IMG/VR virus record: IMGVR_UViG_3300013233_000702
Source: an uncultured virus (IMG/VR IMGVR_UViG_3300013233_000702)
Lineage: Duplodnaviria > Heunggongvirae > Uroviricota > Caudoviricetes
Length of the DNA stretch: 64,000 bases
Strand: one strand, 5' to 3'
The translations under genes and the position numbers were made by a program. The notes under the pieces are model-generated. The model searched no databases and was not told where the DNA came from. It worked only from the letters and a program-made list of their open reading frames with translations. Shown here piece after piece: positions 18,344 through 28,056 of this stretch. Numbering within the stretch: the stretch's first letter is position 1; each line of letters opens with the position of its first letter.

Positions 18344-18943
18344 CTATTCCTCCTTGAGCTCTTGTTTGAGTTTCTTTCTTAGTGCGGGGTCTTTGACGTA
18401 TTGGAGGGCGAGTCCGTTATACTTGACTGCTTGTTGGCAGAGGTCTTCGGTTTGGTGCTGGACGTAGAAGAGGGCGTGGCCGTCCTGTTTGACTGCTTGT
18501 TGGCAGATTTCTGTGGTTTGGCGTTTGACGTACTCGAGGGCTGTGCCGTCCTGCCTTACAGCCTCCAGGCTGATGTCTTCGGTTTGGTGCTGGACGTAGT
18601 AGAGGGCAGTGCCGTCCTGTTTTATTGCTGCGAGGCAGATGTCCTCGGTTTGGTGCTGGACATAGTGGAGTGCGAGTCCGTTTTGTTTGACTGCTTGTAT
18701 GCAGATGTCCTCGGTTTGGTGCCTGACGTGCTGGAGGGCTCGACCGTTTTGTTTGACTGCTGCGAGGCAGATGGCCTCGGTTTGGTGCTTGACGTGTTGG
18801 AGGGCTTGCTCTAGGTGCGGAGAATGTTGTCCTTGGATTAGTTGTTTTAGGATGGCGATTCGTGGTTGTTTCTGTTGTTGGGTTTTCTGTATGGCTTGGA
18901 GGAGGTCTTCTATCTCTTCCTTGGTTAGGTTTGTGAGGTCCAT
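18344..18943 (-). CDS. DUF4116-like repeat protein (A/C-rich subfamily)
   Basis: MDLTNLTKEEIEDL; about 6 repeats. Confidence 0.88.
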   Translation of the reverse strand: MDLTNLTKEEIEDLLQAIQKTQQQKQPRIAILKQLIQGQHSPHLEQALQHVKHQTEAICLAAVKQNGRALQHVRHQTEDICIQAVKQNGLALHYVQHQTEDICLAAIKQDGTALYYVQHQTEDISLEAVRQDGTALEYVKRQTTEICQQAVKQDGHALFYVQHQTEDLCQQAVKYNGLALQYVKDPALRKKLKQELKEE

Positions 18944-19611
18944 GCTTCCTCCTTGAGTTTGTGCCGGAGTTTGTACTTGAGTTTCGTGCTCTTGACATAT
19001 TGGAGGGCTTTTTCGTTCTGTTGGACTGCTGCGAGGCAGATGTTTGGGATTTTGTGCTTGACGTACCTGAGGGCGTGTCCGTTTTCATTGACTGCTTGCA
19101 TGCAGATGTCTTCTGTTTGGTGCTTGATGTACTTGAGGGCAGTGCCGTCCTGTTTGACTGCTTGTAGGCAGATTTCCTCGGTTTGGTGCTGGACGTAGTA
19201 GAGGGCCCAGCCAGCCTCTTTGACTGCTTGGAGGCAGATGTCCTCGGTCTGGCGTTGGACGTACTTGAGGGCCAAGCCGTTTTCTTTGACTGCTGCGAGG
19301 CAGATTTCCTCGGTCTGGTTCTGGACGTACTTGAGGACGTAGCCTTTCTGTTTGACTGCTGTGAGGCAGATGTCTGGTGTTTGGTGCTGGACGTATTGGA
19401 GGGCTCTGCCGTTCTGTTTGACAGCTGCCTGACAGATTTTCTTGGTCTGTCTGTGAGCGAGATTGTTGAGGGCTTGCCCTAGGAATGAGGAGAGTTGTTG
19501 TCCTTGGACGAGTTGTTCTAGGATGGCGATTCGTGGTTTCTGAGGGAAGATTTTCTGTATTGCTTGGAGGAGGTCTTCTATTTCTTCCTTGGTTAGGTTT
19601 GTGAGGTCCAT
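18925..19611 (-). CDS. DUF4116-like repeat protein (A/C-rich subfamily)
   Basis: MDLTNL start at 19611; about 7 repeats. Confidence 0.88.
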   Translation of the reverse strand: MDLTNLTKEEIEDLLQAIQKIFPQKPRIAILEQLVQGQQLSSFLGQALNNLAHRQTKKICQAAVKQNGRALQYVQHQTPDICLTAVKQKGYVLKYVQNQTEEICLAAVKENGLALKYVQRQTEDICLQAVKEAGWALYYVQHQTEEICLQAVKQDGTALKYIKHQTEDICMQAVNENGHALRYVKHKIPNICLAAVQQNEKALQYVKSTKLKYKLRHKLKEEAWTSQT

Positions 19612-19636
19612 GCTGTCTCCTCCTTGAGGTTCTTTC

Positions 19637-20212
19637 TTAGCGTGGGGTCTTGACGTACTTGAGGACTCGACCGTTCTGTTTGATTGCTTGTTGGCAGATT
19701 TCTTCTGTTTGGTGCTTGACGTATTGGAGGGCCCAGCCGTTTTCTTTGACTGCTGTGAGGCAGATAGCTGTGGTTTGATGCTGGACGTAATACAGGGCGA
19801 GGCCGTCCTGTTTGACAGCTGTGTGGCAGAGTTCGGGGGTTTGGTGTTTGACATACCTGAGGACGAGGCCGAATTGTTTGACAGCTGTGTGGCTGAGTTC
19901 GGGGGTTTGGTGCTTGACGCACTGGAGGGCGTGGCCGTCATGTTTGACTGCTGCTAGGCAGATGGCCTCGGTTTGGTGCTTGACGCATTGGAGGGCGTAA
20001 GCGTCCTGTTTTACTGCTGCGAGGCAGATGGCTGGGGTCTGTTTGTGGGCGAGGGCGAGGCTGTTGAGGGCTTTCCTGATGAAGCTGGGCTCTAGCTCGC
20101 CGTTGATGAGTTGTTCGAGGGTGGTTGTTCTTGGTTGTTTTCGTGGGAGGACCTTCTGCATGGCTTGGAGGAGGTCTTCTATCTCTTCCTTGGTAAGGTT
20201 TGTGAGGTCCAT
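19637..20212 (-). CDS. DUF4116-like repeat protein (A/C-rich subfamily)
   Basis: MDLTNL; about 6 repeats. Confidence 0.88.
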   Translation of the reverse strand: MDLTNLTKEEIEDLLQAMQKVLPRKQPRTTTLEQLINGELEPSFIRKALNSLALAHKQTPAICLAAVKQDAYALQCVKHQTEAICLAAVKHDGHALQCVKHQTPELSHTAVKQFGLVLRYVKHQTPELCHTAVKQDGLALYYVQHQTTAICLTAVKENGWALQYVKHQTEEICQQAIKQNGRVLKYVKTPR

Positions 20213-20233
20213 GTTTTCCTCTCTGGAAATGTT

Positions 20234-21526
20234 TTAGCTGGCCCAGGGGACGATGGTTCCCCAGTCTGGGTTCTGTCCTCCTTTCGTTATTGCCCAATAC
20301 ATGTTCCAGGGGCGTGGCTTGGCCGGTTGGATGAAGTAGCCGTCGGTCAATGCGACGACGACGTCCTTGTTGGTTATGTCCTTGACCTGATCGAAGGCCT
20401 GGTCGACGTCGGTTCCTCCTCTGCCGATGATCTTGATCTTCTTCCATTCTCCTCTTCGGTAGGCTGTGCGCTTGGTGGTTCCGACGTCGAACTGGATGAC
20501 TTCGATCTTGCTGACGTGGTCGGTGAAGCGCTCGATGATGCCGAAGAAGTCGGAGAGGTCTTTGTTGGAGATGGATCCGGAGGTGTCGATGAAGACGATG
20601 AGCCTGGCTCTGTTGCGGCGGCTGTGGCCGGGGATGCCGAACTTTGGGATCCGGCGCGATCTGCGCTTGAGGGTTGGTCTTCTTCCCCCGAGTTCCCTGG
20701 CGACGTGGTTGCGGAGGATGCTTTTTGGGTCGATGATGACCTTGTTGAGGAGCTTGATGGCGTCGGTGAGGTGCCCTGGTGCTCCGCCGGCGGCCTTGGT
20801 GCTTTCCTCGGTGAGCTTCTTGATTACCTGTCTGACGTTTTCGGCGTTGGCGTCGTCCCAGCCGGTGTGGTCGTCCATGCCTTGGTGGCCCTTGCCGGTT
20901 CCACAGACGGGGCAGCCCGGTCCTCCCTTGCCTTGGCAGGCGGGGCAGCCCTTGTGGGCTCCTCCTTGGTGGCCCTTGTTGGCACCGTCCTTCCCCTCCT
21001 TCCCCTCCTGGCCGCACTGTCCATGTTTGGCGTCCTGTCCGTTTTGGCCTTTCTTTGGGTCATGCTTGGCGTTGACGACGTGTTCCTTGCGCCATTGGCG
21101 GAGCTTGGCGTAGACCTCTTCTGAGGAGGACTTGGTCCAGTCGTCCGGGATGAAGACTGCACCTTCTGGGAGCCCGTGGGTCTTGCCGTCGTCCTGGACG
21201 ACGAGTGCTGGGCTCTTCCTGGTGCCGTTGATGACCATGTCTGTTGCGATGTTGAGCATGTCGTTCATGCCGAGGAAGCGGACGCAGTGGAGGCGCACGA
21301 TGTGCTCGATTTCGTGCATGATGACGCATTGGACCTGCTGGTCGGTGAGCTTTCCGGTCCATTCCTTGTTGTAGAGCAGGACTGGCTGGTTGTCCCTGAT
21401 GTAGACTCCCATGGTCGGGACGTTTGGGGACGGGTGGATTTCGAGCTGGTTGGCGAAGGCTCCATACCAGACGTGTTCGGTCTGGAGCAGGAGCCTGCAG
21501 ACTGCCTCCCTGATCTGTTCGGACAT
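20234..21526 (-). CDS. DUF2201-like metallopeptidase-vWA protein
   Basis: HEIEH (HExxH); DTSGS MIDAS; GRGGTD; LTDGY. Confidence 0.88.
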   Translation of the reverse strand: MSEQIREAVCRLLLQTEHVWYGAFANQLEIHPSPNVPTMGVYIRDNQPVLLYNKEWTGKLTDQQVQCVIMHEIEHIVRLHCVRFLGMNDMLNIATDMVINGTRKSPALVVQDDGKTHGLPEGAVFIPDDWTKSSSEEVYAKLRQWRKEHVVNAKHDPKKGQNGQDAKHGQCGQEGKEGKDGANKGHQGGAHKGCPACQGKGGPGCPVCGTGKGHQGMDDHTGWDDANAENVRQVIKKLTEESTKAAGGAPGHLTDAIKLLNKVIIDPKSILRNHVARELGGRRPTLKRRSRRIPKFGIPGHSRRNRARLIVFIDTSGSISNKDLSDFFGIIERFTDHVSKIEVIQFDVGTTKRTAYRRGEWKKIKIIGRGGTDVDQAFDQVKDITNKDVVVALTDGYFIQPAKPRPWNMYWAITKGGQNPDWGTIVPWAS

Positions 21527-21535
21527 TTCGCTCTC

Positions 21536-21820
21536 CTATTCGATGGTGAGGTCGCTGAGTTCGTGTTCCGCTCTGCACGCGGTGCAGAGGACCTTTTCGT
21601 CCTCAGTGTCGGCCGGTCCGCCGTCCTCGGGCCTGTATTCGAAGCCGTCGAGGTGGAGCGGGGTGTTCGGATGAACGGTTCCTTCATGGCTCTTGACCTG
21701 GGCGACGATGAGAGCCTGTCTGCCGCAGGTGGGGCAGGCATCCAGCCATTGGCTGTAGTGGTTGCCCTGGTGGAGCTGGTTTCTGAGCTGGTCGTGCCTT
21801 GCGATGGCGTTCTGGTGCAT
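21536..21820 (-). CDS. small Zn-binding protein
   Basis: CPTC...CTAC. Confidence 0.7.
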   Translation of the reverse strand: MHQNAIARHDQLRNQLHQGNHYSQWLDACPTCGRQALIVAQVKSHEGTVHPNTPLHLDGFEYRPEDGGPADTEDEKVLCTACRAEHELSDLTIE

Positions 21821-21850
21821 TTCTTCTCTCCCTTTTCGGTTCCTGGGCTC

Positions 21851-22957
21851 CTACTTCTGGATGCCGGCGATCTTGCGGATGCGGCCGTAGAGCTTTTCGC
21901 GTTTGGCGATGGCGGCGAGGAGGGGGTTTCTTTCGCCGAGGATCGCTGCGATCGCGGGGTTGAGCGCGGTGACCCTGCCGAGTGCCGCCTTGTCCTGGAC
22001 GATGCGGCTGATGGCCATGACGGCGCTGTCGGGGTCGTTCTCGCAGAGATACTCGATGAAGTCGGCGACGTTGTCGGCCTGCTTTGCCTTGACCTCCTTG
22101 AGGAGGGAGCCGACCCCGTGTGCGAGGGCGGTGCGTTGTCCGCGGTTGAGGTCGTCGAGGACGGGCTTGACCTTGCTGAAGGGTCCCTTGATGATGTCCT
22201 TGGCGGAGATCGGGAGGGCCTCCTTTTCGTAGGCGAGGGCGAGGGCGGTGCCGATCCAGCCGGCCCGGAGGATCCGCTTGACCGCCTTGCTGGCCTTGGT
22301 GCGCTCGATCCTGGGGATCCAGGACCAGGACCGTGGTGACGGGTGGACGGGGTGCCCGATGTCCTCGGTCACGGGTGCGAAGAGGTGTTCCTTGGACTGG
22401 GTGGTGAACTGAATGACGTTGAGGACGTGCTCGTCGGTCCCTTCCTTTCCGACGAGCCAGTCGGTCCACTCCTCGACGTACTTGCTGGTCGTCTCGAGCA
22501 CGACGTGGCAGAAGCGGTCGAAGAGGGCGTCGTCCAGGTTGTTGACCTGGTAGTCGGCCCCGGCGAAGTTGCAGGCTGAGACGACGGTCCAGCCGTCGGG
22601 AAGCCTGTATGACCCGAGGCGCCGTTCGGTGATGAGCTGGAAGACGCTCTGGAGGACGGGGTCGGAGGCCCGGTTGAGCTCGTCGAGGAAGAGGAGGCCC
22701 TGCCCCTCGTGGGGGAGGTCTTCGGGCGGGAGGTATGCGGTGACGAGCCGTCCGTCCCGTTCGACGTCCTTTGGGAGGCCCCGGAGGTCTGTCTCTTCGA
22801 TCTGGGAGAGCCGGAAGTCCCTGAATCCGAGCTCCCTGTCCTTGCAGAAGGCCCTGGTGATCTGCGACTTGCCGATTCCGTGGGCTCCCCAGACCATGAG
22901 GGGCATCTTGAGCTGGCTGGCGGTCTGGAGCGCTTCCTTGTACTGGCTTGGCTTCAT
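21851..22957 (-). CDS. MoxR-like AAA+ ATPase
   Basis: GAHGIGKS Walker A; LFLDELNRA Walker B; DRF; SPRSW; vWA partner downstream. Confidence 0.9.
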   Translation of the reverse strand: MKPSQYKEALQTASQLKMPLMVWGAHGIGKSQITRAFCKDRELGFRDFRLSQIEETDLRGLPKDVERDGRLVTAYLPPEDLPHEGQGLLFLDELNRASDPVLQSVFQLITERRLGSYRLPDGWTVVSACNFAGADYQVNNLDDALFDRFCHVVLETTSKYVEEWTDWLVGKEGTDEHVLNVIQFTTQSKEHLFAPVTEDIGHPVHPSPRSWSWIPRIERTKASKAVKRILRAGWIGTALALAYEKEALPISAKDIIKGPFSKVKPVLDDLNRGQRTALAHGVGSLLKEVKAKQADNVADFIEYLCENDPDSAVMAISRIVQDKAALGRVTALNPAIAAILGERNPLLAAIAKREKLYGRIRKIAGIQK

Positions 22958-23078
22958 TTCTTTCTCCTCTCTTGACTGTCCGTGGGGGCGGCCGGCCCGC
23001 CCCGCGCCGCCCGCCCCGTGGCGGGCCGCTTGATCCCGCGCAAGATGCCCGAATATGCTCGGGGGTGCTTCGAGACAC

Positions 23079-23684
23079 CTACGCCGTTGATGCTCTTGAC
23101 CGCCTGTTCTGGACTGCCCGCATTAGCCCCTGTATCTCCTTGTCAGCTTGGTCAGGCTCGGGGGTGCAGATCGTCTGCACCCAGTACGGAGATCGGAGGT
23201 TGAGATAGTGAATGGCCTCCACATTCTGCTTCACCGCCTCCAAGCAGATCTCTTCAGTCTGTTCTCTCACGAAGTGGATGGCACGACCGTTCTGCTTCAC
23301 CGCCGCCATACAGATCTCGGGGGTCTGTTTCTTCACGAAATGCAGGGTATGACCATTCTGCTTCACCGCCTCCATGCAGATCTCGGGGGTCTGCTTCTGC
23401 ACATACGTCAGGTTATGTCCTTCCTGCTTCACCGCCTCCATGCAGATCTCGGGGGTCTGCTTCTTCACGTGCTGTAGGGCGAGACCGTCCTGCTTCACCG
23501 CCTCTAGACAGATCCCCTCTGTCTGGTTCTCGATGAGCATGAGGACCAAACCAGGATCTACCGCGCCAGAGATCAGCTTCTGGATTATGGTGCTAACCTT
23601 GACCCGTACATGGAGCCCGATGATGTTCTTGACTGCCAGTATTAGGTCCTGTATCTCCTCCTTAGTCAGCTTGGCCAAATCCAT
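23079..23684 (-). CDS. DUF4116-like repeat protein
   Basis: MDLAKLTKEEI; about 5 repeats. Confidence 0.85.
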   Translation of the reverse strand: MDLAKLTKEEIQDLILAVKNIIGLHVRVKVSTIIQKLISGAVDPGLVLMLIENQTEGICLEAVKQDGLALQHVKKQTPEICMEAVKQEGHNLTYVQKQTPEICMEAVKQNGHTLHFVKKQTPEICMAAVKQNGRAIHFVREQTEEICLEAVKQNVEAIHYLNLRSPYWVQTICTPEPDQADKEIQGLMRAVQNRRSRASTA

Positions 23685-24079
23685 TTCGAATCTCCCCGGA
23701 CTCTCTGTTTGGCATGCCTTCTTGAGGCCACGTGATGTGGCGGATGACCTCCACATTCTGCTTCACCGCCTCCAGGCAGTCGTTGATCCTTCTGGTTGCC
23801 CTTATCAGGCCATGGATCTCCTTTTCGCTCATTTCCAAGAGGTTCATTGGTTGCTCCTTGAGAGTTTCCGGATTGGAAATTGTTACTGTACGGTTATCGG
23901 GCTCTGCAGAGTTCGGGGGTCTGCTCGAGACCGGGGAAGATATCCTGCATGAGGATCTCGCCTCGCTGGAGGTATTCGAGGATGGTTGCCTCCTTTAACC
24001 TTCGGTGGTTGCCGTCGATGGTCCTGACTGAGTCTATCAGGTCCGTGATCTCTTGCTTGCCTAGCTTCGAGAGGTCCAT
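23662..24079 (-). pseudogene. two truncated DUF4116-like genes (23662-23847, 23894-24079)
   Basis: Leader domains with only a partial repeat each. Confidence 0.6.
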
Positions 24080-24159
24080 TTCTTTTTCTCCCATATGGGA
24101 GCGGCCAGCCAGAACAAGTCCTGGCTGGCCGCTCTTCGTTTCAGAGGCTATCAGGGCCG

Positions 24160-24783
24160 TCAAGCCTCGGTGGTGGCCTCTGCCGTTTTCCTGACCTCGG
24201 CGTAGCCCTTCCGGAGGAAGTGCTCGATGGCCTCTTCTGCGGTCATGCTGCCGCGGAGCTCCTTTTTCTGCACTCCGTCCTTGCCCTTCTGGGCCACGAT
24301 GAACTTCTTGCCCTTGAGGGGATAGCGTGAGCCTGTGGCATTCTTGCCGACGCTGATGGTTCCGTCCTGCTTGACGTAGGTGTTGAGGACGAAGTAGGTC
24401 TTGCGCTTCGCGTTGACGACGACGTGGCTAATGAGGCTGTAGTTCGAATGGTTGAACGGCGACTGCTTTGCGAGGTGGACTCCTCCGCAGGACTCGATCC
24501 ATGCGTCGAGGTCGAACGTCTTGATCTCCTTCTTCATGTTTCTTCTCCTGTCCTTGGTCGCCTCCCCCACGGCACTTCCCTCCGTTCGCCCGCTTTCCTG
24601 GCGACCTATGCGCGAGCGGTGTGCCCTAAAGACGATCCCGTCAGGCCCACGCAGCCTGATCTGGGTCCTGCTTGGCCTTCCGTTCTCCTGGACGTATTCG
24701 ACGAACTCGTAGACGTCAGGCAGGGTCTCACCGTTCAGGTGGGTCAGCCTGACGGCGTCTCCTGGCTTGAGCTTTTCAGCCAT
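24160..24783 (-). CDS. hypothetical protein
   Basis: GGAGG RBS before MAEKLKPGD; a second internal start is possible. Confidence 0.7.
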   Translation of the reverse strand: MAEKLKPGDAVRLTHLNGETLPDVYEFVEYVQENGRPSRTQIRLRGPDGIVFRAHRSRIGRQESGRTEGSAVGEATKDRRRNMKKEIKTFDLDAWIESCGGVHLAKQSPFNHSNYSLISHVVVNAKRKTYFVLNTYVKQDGTISVGKNATGSRYPLKGKKFIVAQKGKDGVQKKELRGSMTAEEAIEHFLRKGYAEVRKTAEATTEA

Positions 24784-25099
24784 CCTTGCTTCCTCCTGGT
24801 CCGTGGACCAGGGTACCGGGGTATGACTCCCGGTCAATACCCATTCTTGCGGCGAGGCCGCGCACAGCAAACGAGACGGTTCCGTCCTCGTTGACGCCGT
24901 ACCTCTCGCAGAGCTCCTTGGTGCGCTCGGTCCGGAAGCAGATGACGATCCCCTTCTCCTTCGCCTGTCCGAGGCCAGCCGGGTCGAGGACGCCGAGTCC
25001 GATCGCCTCCTCGAGGATGGCTTCGAACTCCTCCTTGTCCATGATGACGCTGTAGTGTGGGCCGTTCTGTAGGTTGAACCGGTACGTGACTGCCTTCAT
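24776..25099 (-). CDS. hypothetical protein
   Basis: AGGAGG RBS; coupled to neighbours. Confidence 0.7.
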   Translation of the reverse strand: MKAVTYRFNLQNGPHYSVIMDKEEFEAILEEAIGLGVLDPAGLGQAKEKGIVICFRTERTKELCERYGVNEDGTVSFAVRGLAARMGIDRESYPGTLVHGPGGSKDG

Positions 25100-25665
25100 G
25101 CTACACCTCCTTTTCTGTTCATGTGGTCCTTCAATGATGTCTTGACGGCCTCTATGGCGATGCTCTGTGCCCCCGGTATCTCGTCCAGCACGATGTGCAG
25201 GACCTTTTCACTGTGAAGGTCGAGGGCCAGCAGGGCCAGCTCCTTCGTCGGCAAGATCCGAAGAGCTTCTACGTAACCACGTCTTATTACGTCAGCGATG
25301 AGGTCCGGCTCGATGAATTCATCCGGGACGTGGTCAATGCATTCCTGGTTCAGCTTGACGGCCTTCGAGATTAGGACGGACTTCTCCTGCCGGCTGATCG
25401 GCAGCTTTGCTATACTGTAGGGTATCCTACTACAGCAGGACGCGAGGGCTATGCAGAGTGCCGGTGTCATGTCGCTTTCGTCGATCAAGGCCCTTAGGTA
25501 GGCCACGTTTAAGATCTTCCCCATGGACATCCGGCGCAGGATGGTGGCATCCTTCATCCTGGCTAGGACCCGGTTCAGCTTGCGGGCAGCATGCAGCAGG
25601 ACCCTGAGTTCGCTCTCGTTCAGACATTCAAGGCAAGGGGTCTTCACTGGATGTCCTCCTTTCAA
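25096..25665 (-). CDS. divergent leader-domain family protein
   Basis: LNESELRVLLHAAR...RMKDATILRR. Confidence 0.7.
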   Translation of the reverse strand: MKGGHPVKTPCLECLNESELRVLLHAARKLNRVLARMKDATILRRMSMGKILNVAYLRALIDESDMTPALCIALASCCSRIPYSIAKLPISRQEKSVLISKAVKLNQECIDHVPDEFIEPDLIADVIRRGYVEALRILPTKELALLALDLHSEKVLHIVLDEIPGAQSIAIEAVKTSLKDHMNRKGGVA

Positions 25666-26202
25666 GCTCCGTAGCCATGGCCTTCATGGCGAGGGGGAGG
25701 AGGTCCGGGATTGCCCTCAAGATCTCGCCCAGGGCCTGCTTGGTTCCGTGATTGGCTGCCACCATGGCGGCTTCGACCAGGCACTCGGGACGAGCATACC
25801 TAAGGTATTGTGGATTTACCCTCGTTGCCACGAGGACAGCTGCGTCATATTCGCAATCGCTCAGGAGGAGCTTCCATTTTTCTCCCCTGTAGTAGCCAAG
25901 GACTTCCGGGTTCGTCTTGATCGCCTTCAAGAGATATCCATCTTGTCGCTTGGGCATCTCGGACCGGCTATGACAGTGTAGACGAGTGAAGGCTTTGGTC
26001 TTGCGAGGGCAAGGGCTAGGTTTGGTGTCAGCCTTTTCACGTCCAGGTCGGAATACCCCATGGACGCAGATCCCTCTGCTATCCTCCTGATCAGAGTGGC
26101 ATCCTTCATCCTGGCCGCGTTTCCGTCCACCCTGCGGGCGGCGGACAGCAGAGTCTTGATCTCTTTGCCGTCCAGTTGTTCTAGGTCAACTGACATGTCC
26201 AT
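25628..26202 (-). pseudogene. leader-domain family gene, apparently frameshifted near 25960
   Basis: N-part 25927-26202 (RMKDATLIRR) and C-part 25628-25957 are in different frames. Confidence 0.5.
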
Positions 26203-26288
26203 ATTCACCTCCTTGCCCGTTCGGGCATCCTTGAGTCTGCCTTCATGATACTCCTTACCAATGGCTAGGTTCCTGTCTGGCTGACAGG

Positions 26289-26645
26289 CTATAGGCTGTA
26301 CATTGCGGTGCGCTTGAGCTTGAAGGATGGGCTGCTGCAGGTTCCGCTGCGCCACCATGCGCCGTCGTCCGGCCTTGGTGGGCTGGCGATCGCGAGCACG
26401 TGGCCGAGGCCGTCGGCCCAGTCGACCAGGTCGTCCTTGAAGGACTCCCTTGACTCCTGGGCCGGATTGGCCCTCCATTCTGCAGCTGCTTCGGCTACGA
26501 CGAGGCCCTGCATGTGCAGGAGGACGGCATGATGACCCTTCGAGGATATGTCCTCCAGGAGGCAGTGGAGGTCGTTGACGTCGTTTGCGTCTATGAACCG
26601 CCCGACCTCGGCCAGTACGGCTTCTTTATCTTCTGTCATGAGCAT
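26289..26645 (-). CDS. hypothetical protein
   Basis: GGAGG RBS; 118 aa. Confidence 0.65.
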   Translation of the reverse strand: MLMTEDKEAVLAEVGRFIDANDVNDLHCLLEDISSKGHHAVLLHMQGLVVAEAAAEWRANPAQESRESFKDDLVDWADGLGHVLAIASPPRPDDGAWWRSGTCSSPSFKLKRTAMYSL

Positions 26646-27229
26646 TTAGTCGCCTCCAGTCCTAGTTTTTCCTTGGTCCGCGATGCGTCTGCAGCTTCGA
26701 TGCAGATAGCCTCTGTCTGCTCCTTCACGTACTTTAGAGCCCACCCATCCTTCTTCACCGCCGCCAGACAGATCTCGGGATTTTGTTCCCGAACAAGTTG
26801 CAGAGCCCTCCCATTCTCCTTCACGGCCTCCAGGCAGATCTCGGGAGTCTGCTCCTTGACGTAGCAAAGTGCGAGTCCGTTCTCCTTCACGGCCTCCAGG
26901 CAGATCTCGGGAGTCTGCTCCTTGACGTGCTCCAGGAGCAGCCCATTCAGCTTCATGACCTTCATGCAGACCATTGGAGTCTGATTCCTGATGTCCGTGA
27001 AGACGTGGCAGTTACCCCTAACTGCAGCCAGGCAGATCTCCTCGGTCTGCTCCTTGACATACTGCAGGGCAGCTGGATCCTGCTCTACGATGGCCTTGCA
27101 GATCCTTGGTGTCTGCCCCCTGAGCCTGAGGAGCAGCTCGATGACGTCGATCTTGCCCTCCGCTAGGAGGCAAATGAGGGCCTCCACGAGGAGGCCGGCC
27201 TCATGCCGGTCCAGCTTGCTCAGGTCCAT
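26636..27229 (-). CDS. DUF4116-like repeat protein
   Basis: MDLSKLDRHEA; about 6 repeats. Confidence 0.85.
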   Translation of the reverse strand: MDLSKLDRHEAGLLVEALICLLAEGKIDVIELLLRLRGQTPRICKAIVEQDPAALQYVKEQTEEICLAAVRGNCHVFTDIRNQTPMVCMKVMKLNGLLLEHVKEQTPEICLEAVKENGLALCYVKEQTPEICLEAVKENGRALQLVREQNPEICLAAVKKDGWALKYVKEQTEAICIEAADASRTKEKLGLEATKCS

Positions 27230-27385
27230 CGCCCTTCTCCTTCCATTTTTCGCAGGGGTTGTCGGCCAGGAGCGTGTTCCAGGCCTCGACGGTGAGGTCG
27301 TCAGCGTGCGTGAAGGGAGGGTTCGGCATGTAGAGCACCTTGCTGTCCTCAATGGTCCTGCAGGCCTCGCACTTTCCGCATCTGG

Positions 27386-27826
27386 TCATCTCGGTCTCCT
27401 TTCCCTTGCGTATCTCTCGTGGACGCTGCGGATGGCCCGTTCCGGGTCCCCCTCCAGCAGGGAGACGTGGCCGCAGCGGGCCGGATACATCCTGATCCAG
27501 CCGACCTCGAAGGTGACTGGGCCGGTCGGGAAGCACCATCTGAACTTCACGAGGTGCCTGTCCACTGCCCGTACGGACTTCGGCAGGGCCGCGAGGACCT
27601 GGACCCTGTCGAGCCCGAAGTTTCTCAGGATGAGGAACTCGGGGGAGCAGACGAACAGTTCGCCGGGCAGCCATTCATTCCTGAGGGCTGAGCGGTTCGG
27701 TCCGTGGTGGATGGAGCTGAAGACGTCCGTGGGGACGCTCCTGTTGTAGGAGAGGCTGACTTCGCGGACCTTGAGCCTCTTCCTGACTGCGGGGTCGTGC
27801 CATTGTCTCCATTCGAGTCTTGGCAT
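27386..27826 (-). CDS. hypothetical protein
   Basis: 146 aa ORF in operon orientation. Confidence 0.6.
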   Translation of the reverse strand: MPRLEWRQWHDPAVRKRLKVREVSLSYNRSVPTDVFSSIHHGPNRSALRNEWLPGELFVCSPEFLILRNFGLDRVQVLAALPKSVRAVDRHLVKFRWCFPTGPVTFEVGWIRMYPARCGHVSLLEGDPERAIRSVHERYARERRPR

Positions 27827-28044
27827 TTCGTCTTCTCCTCGAAGCAGGGGCAGGTTTCGATGCTTTCTTCATGTCTTGAGATGTGTCCGCCGCTGACTAC
27901 GAAGTCGTGCAGGTACATCGCAGCGGGGATGCTTGGCTTCTGTATCTCGAAGGTGCACTTGCCTTCGCCGGACGGGTGTAGGGCACCTGTCTTGGTACGG
28001 TACCACTCTGCGTATCTGCACTTCATGCAGATGCTTTTTGTCAT
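27625..28044 (-). CDS. Cys-rich small protein
   Basis: GGAGG RBS; CMKC...C...CPC; long C-terminal overlap with the next gene. Confidence 0.55.
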   Translation of the reverse strand: MTKSICMKCRYAEWYRTKTGALHPSGEGKCTFEIQKPSIPAAMYLHDFVVSGGHISRHEESIETCPCFEEKTKCQDSNGDNGTTPQSGRGSRSAKSASPTTGASPRTSSAPSTTDRTAQPSGMNGCPANCSSAPPSSSS

Positions 28045-28056
28045 GTTCTTCCTCCC

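Noticed and set aside
12258..20212. Diversity-generating retroelement behind the repeat variation
   Set aside because: No reverse transcriptase in the window and no template/variable pair with adenine-only differences
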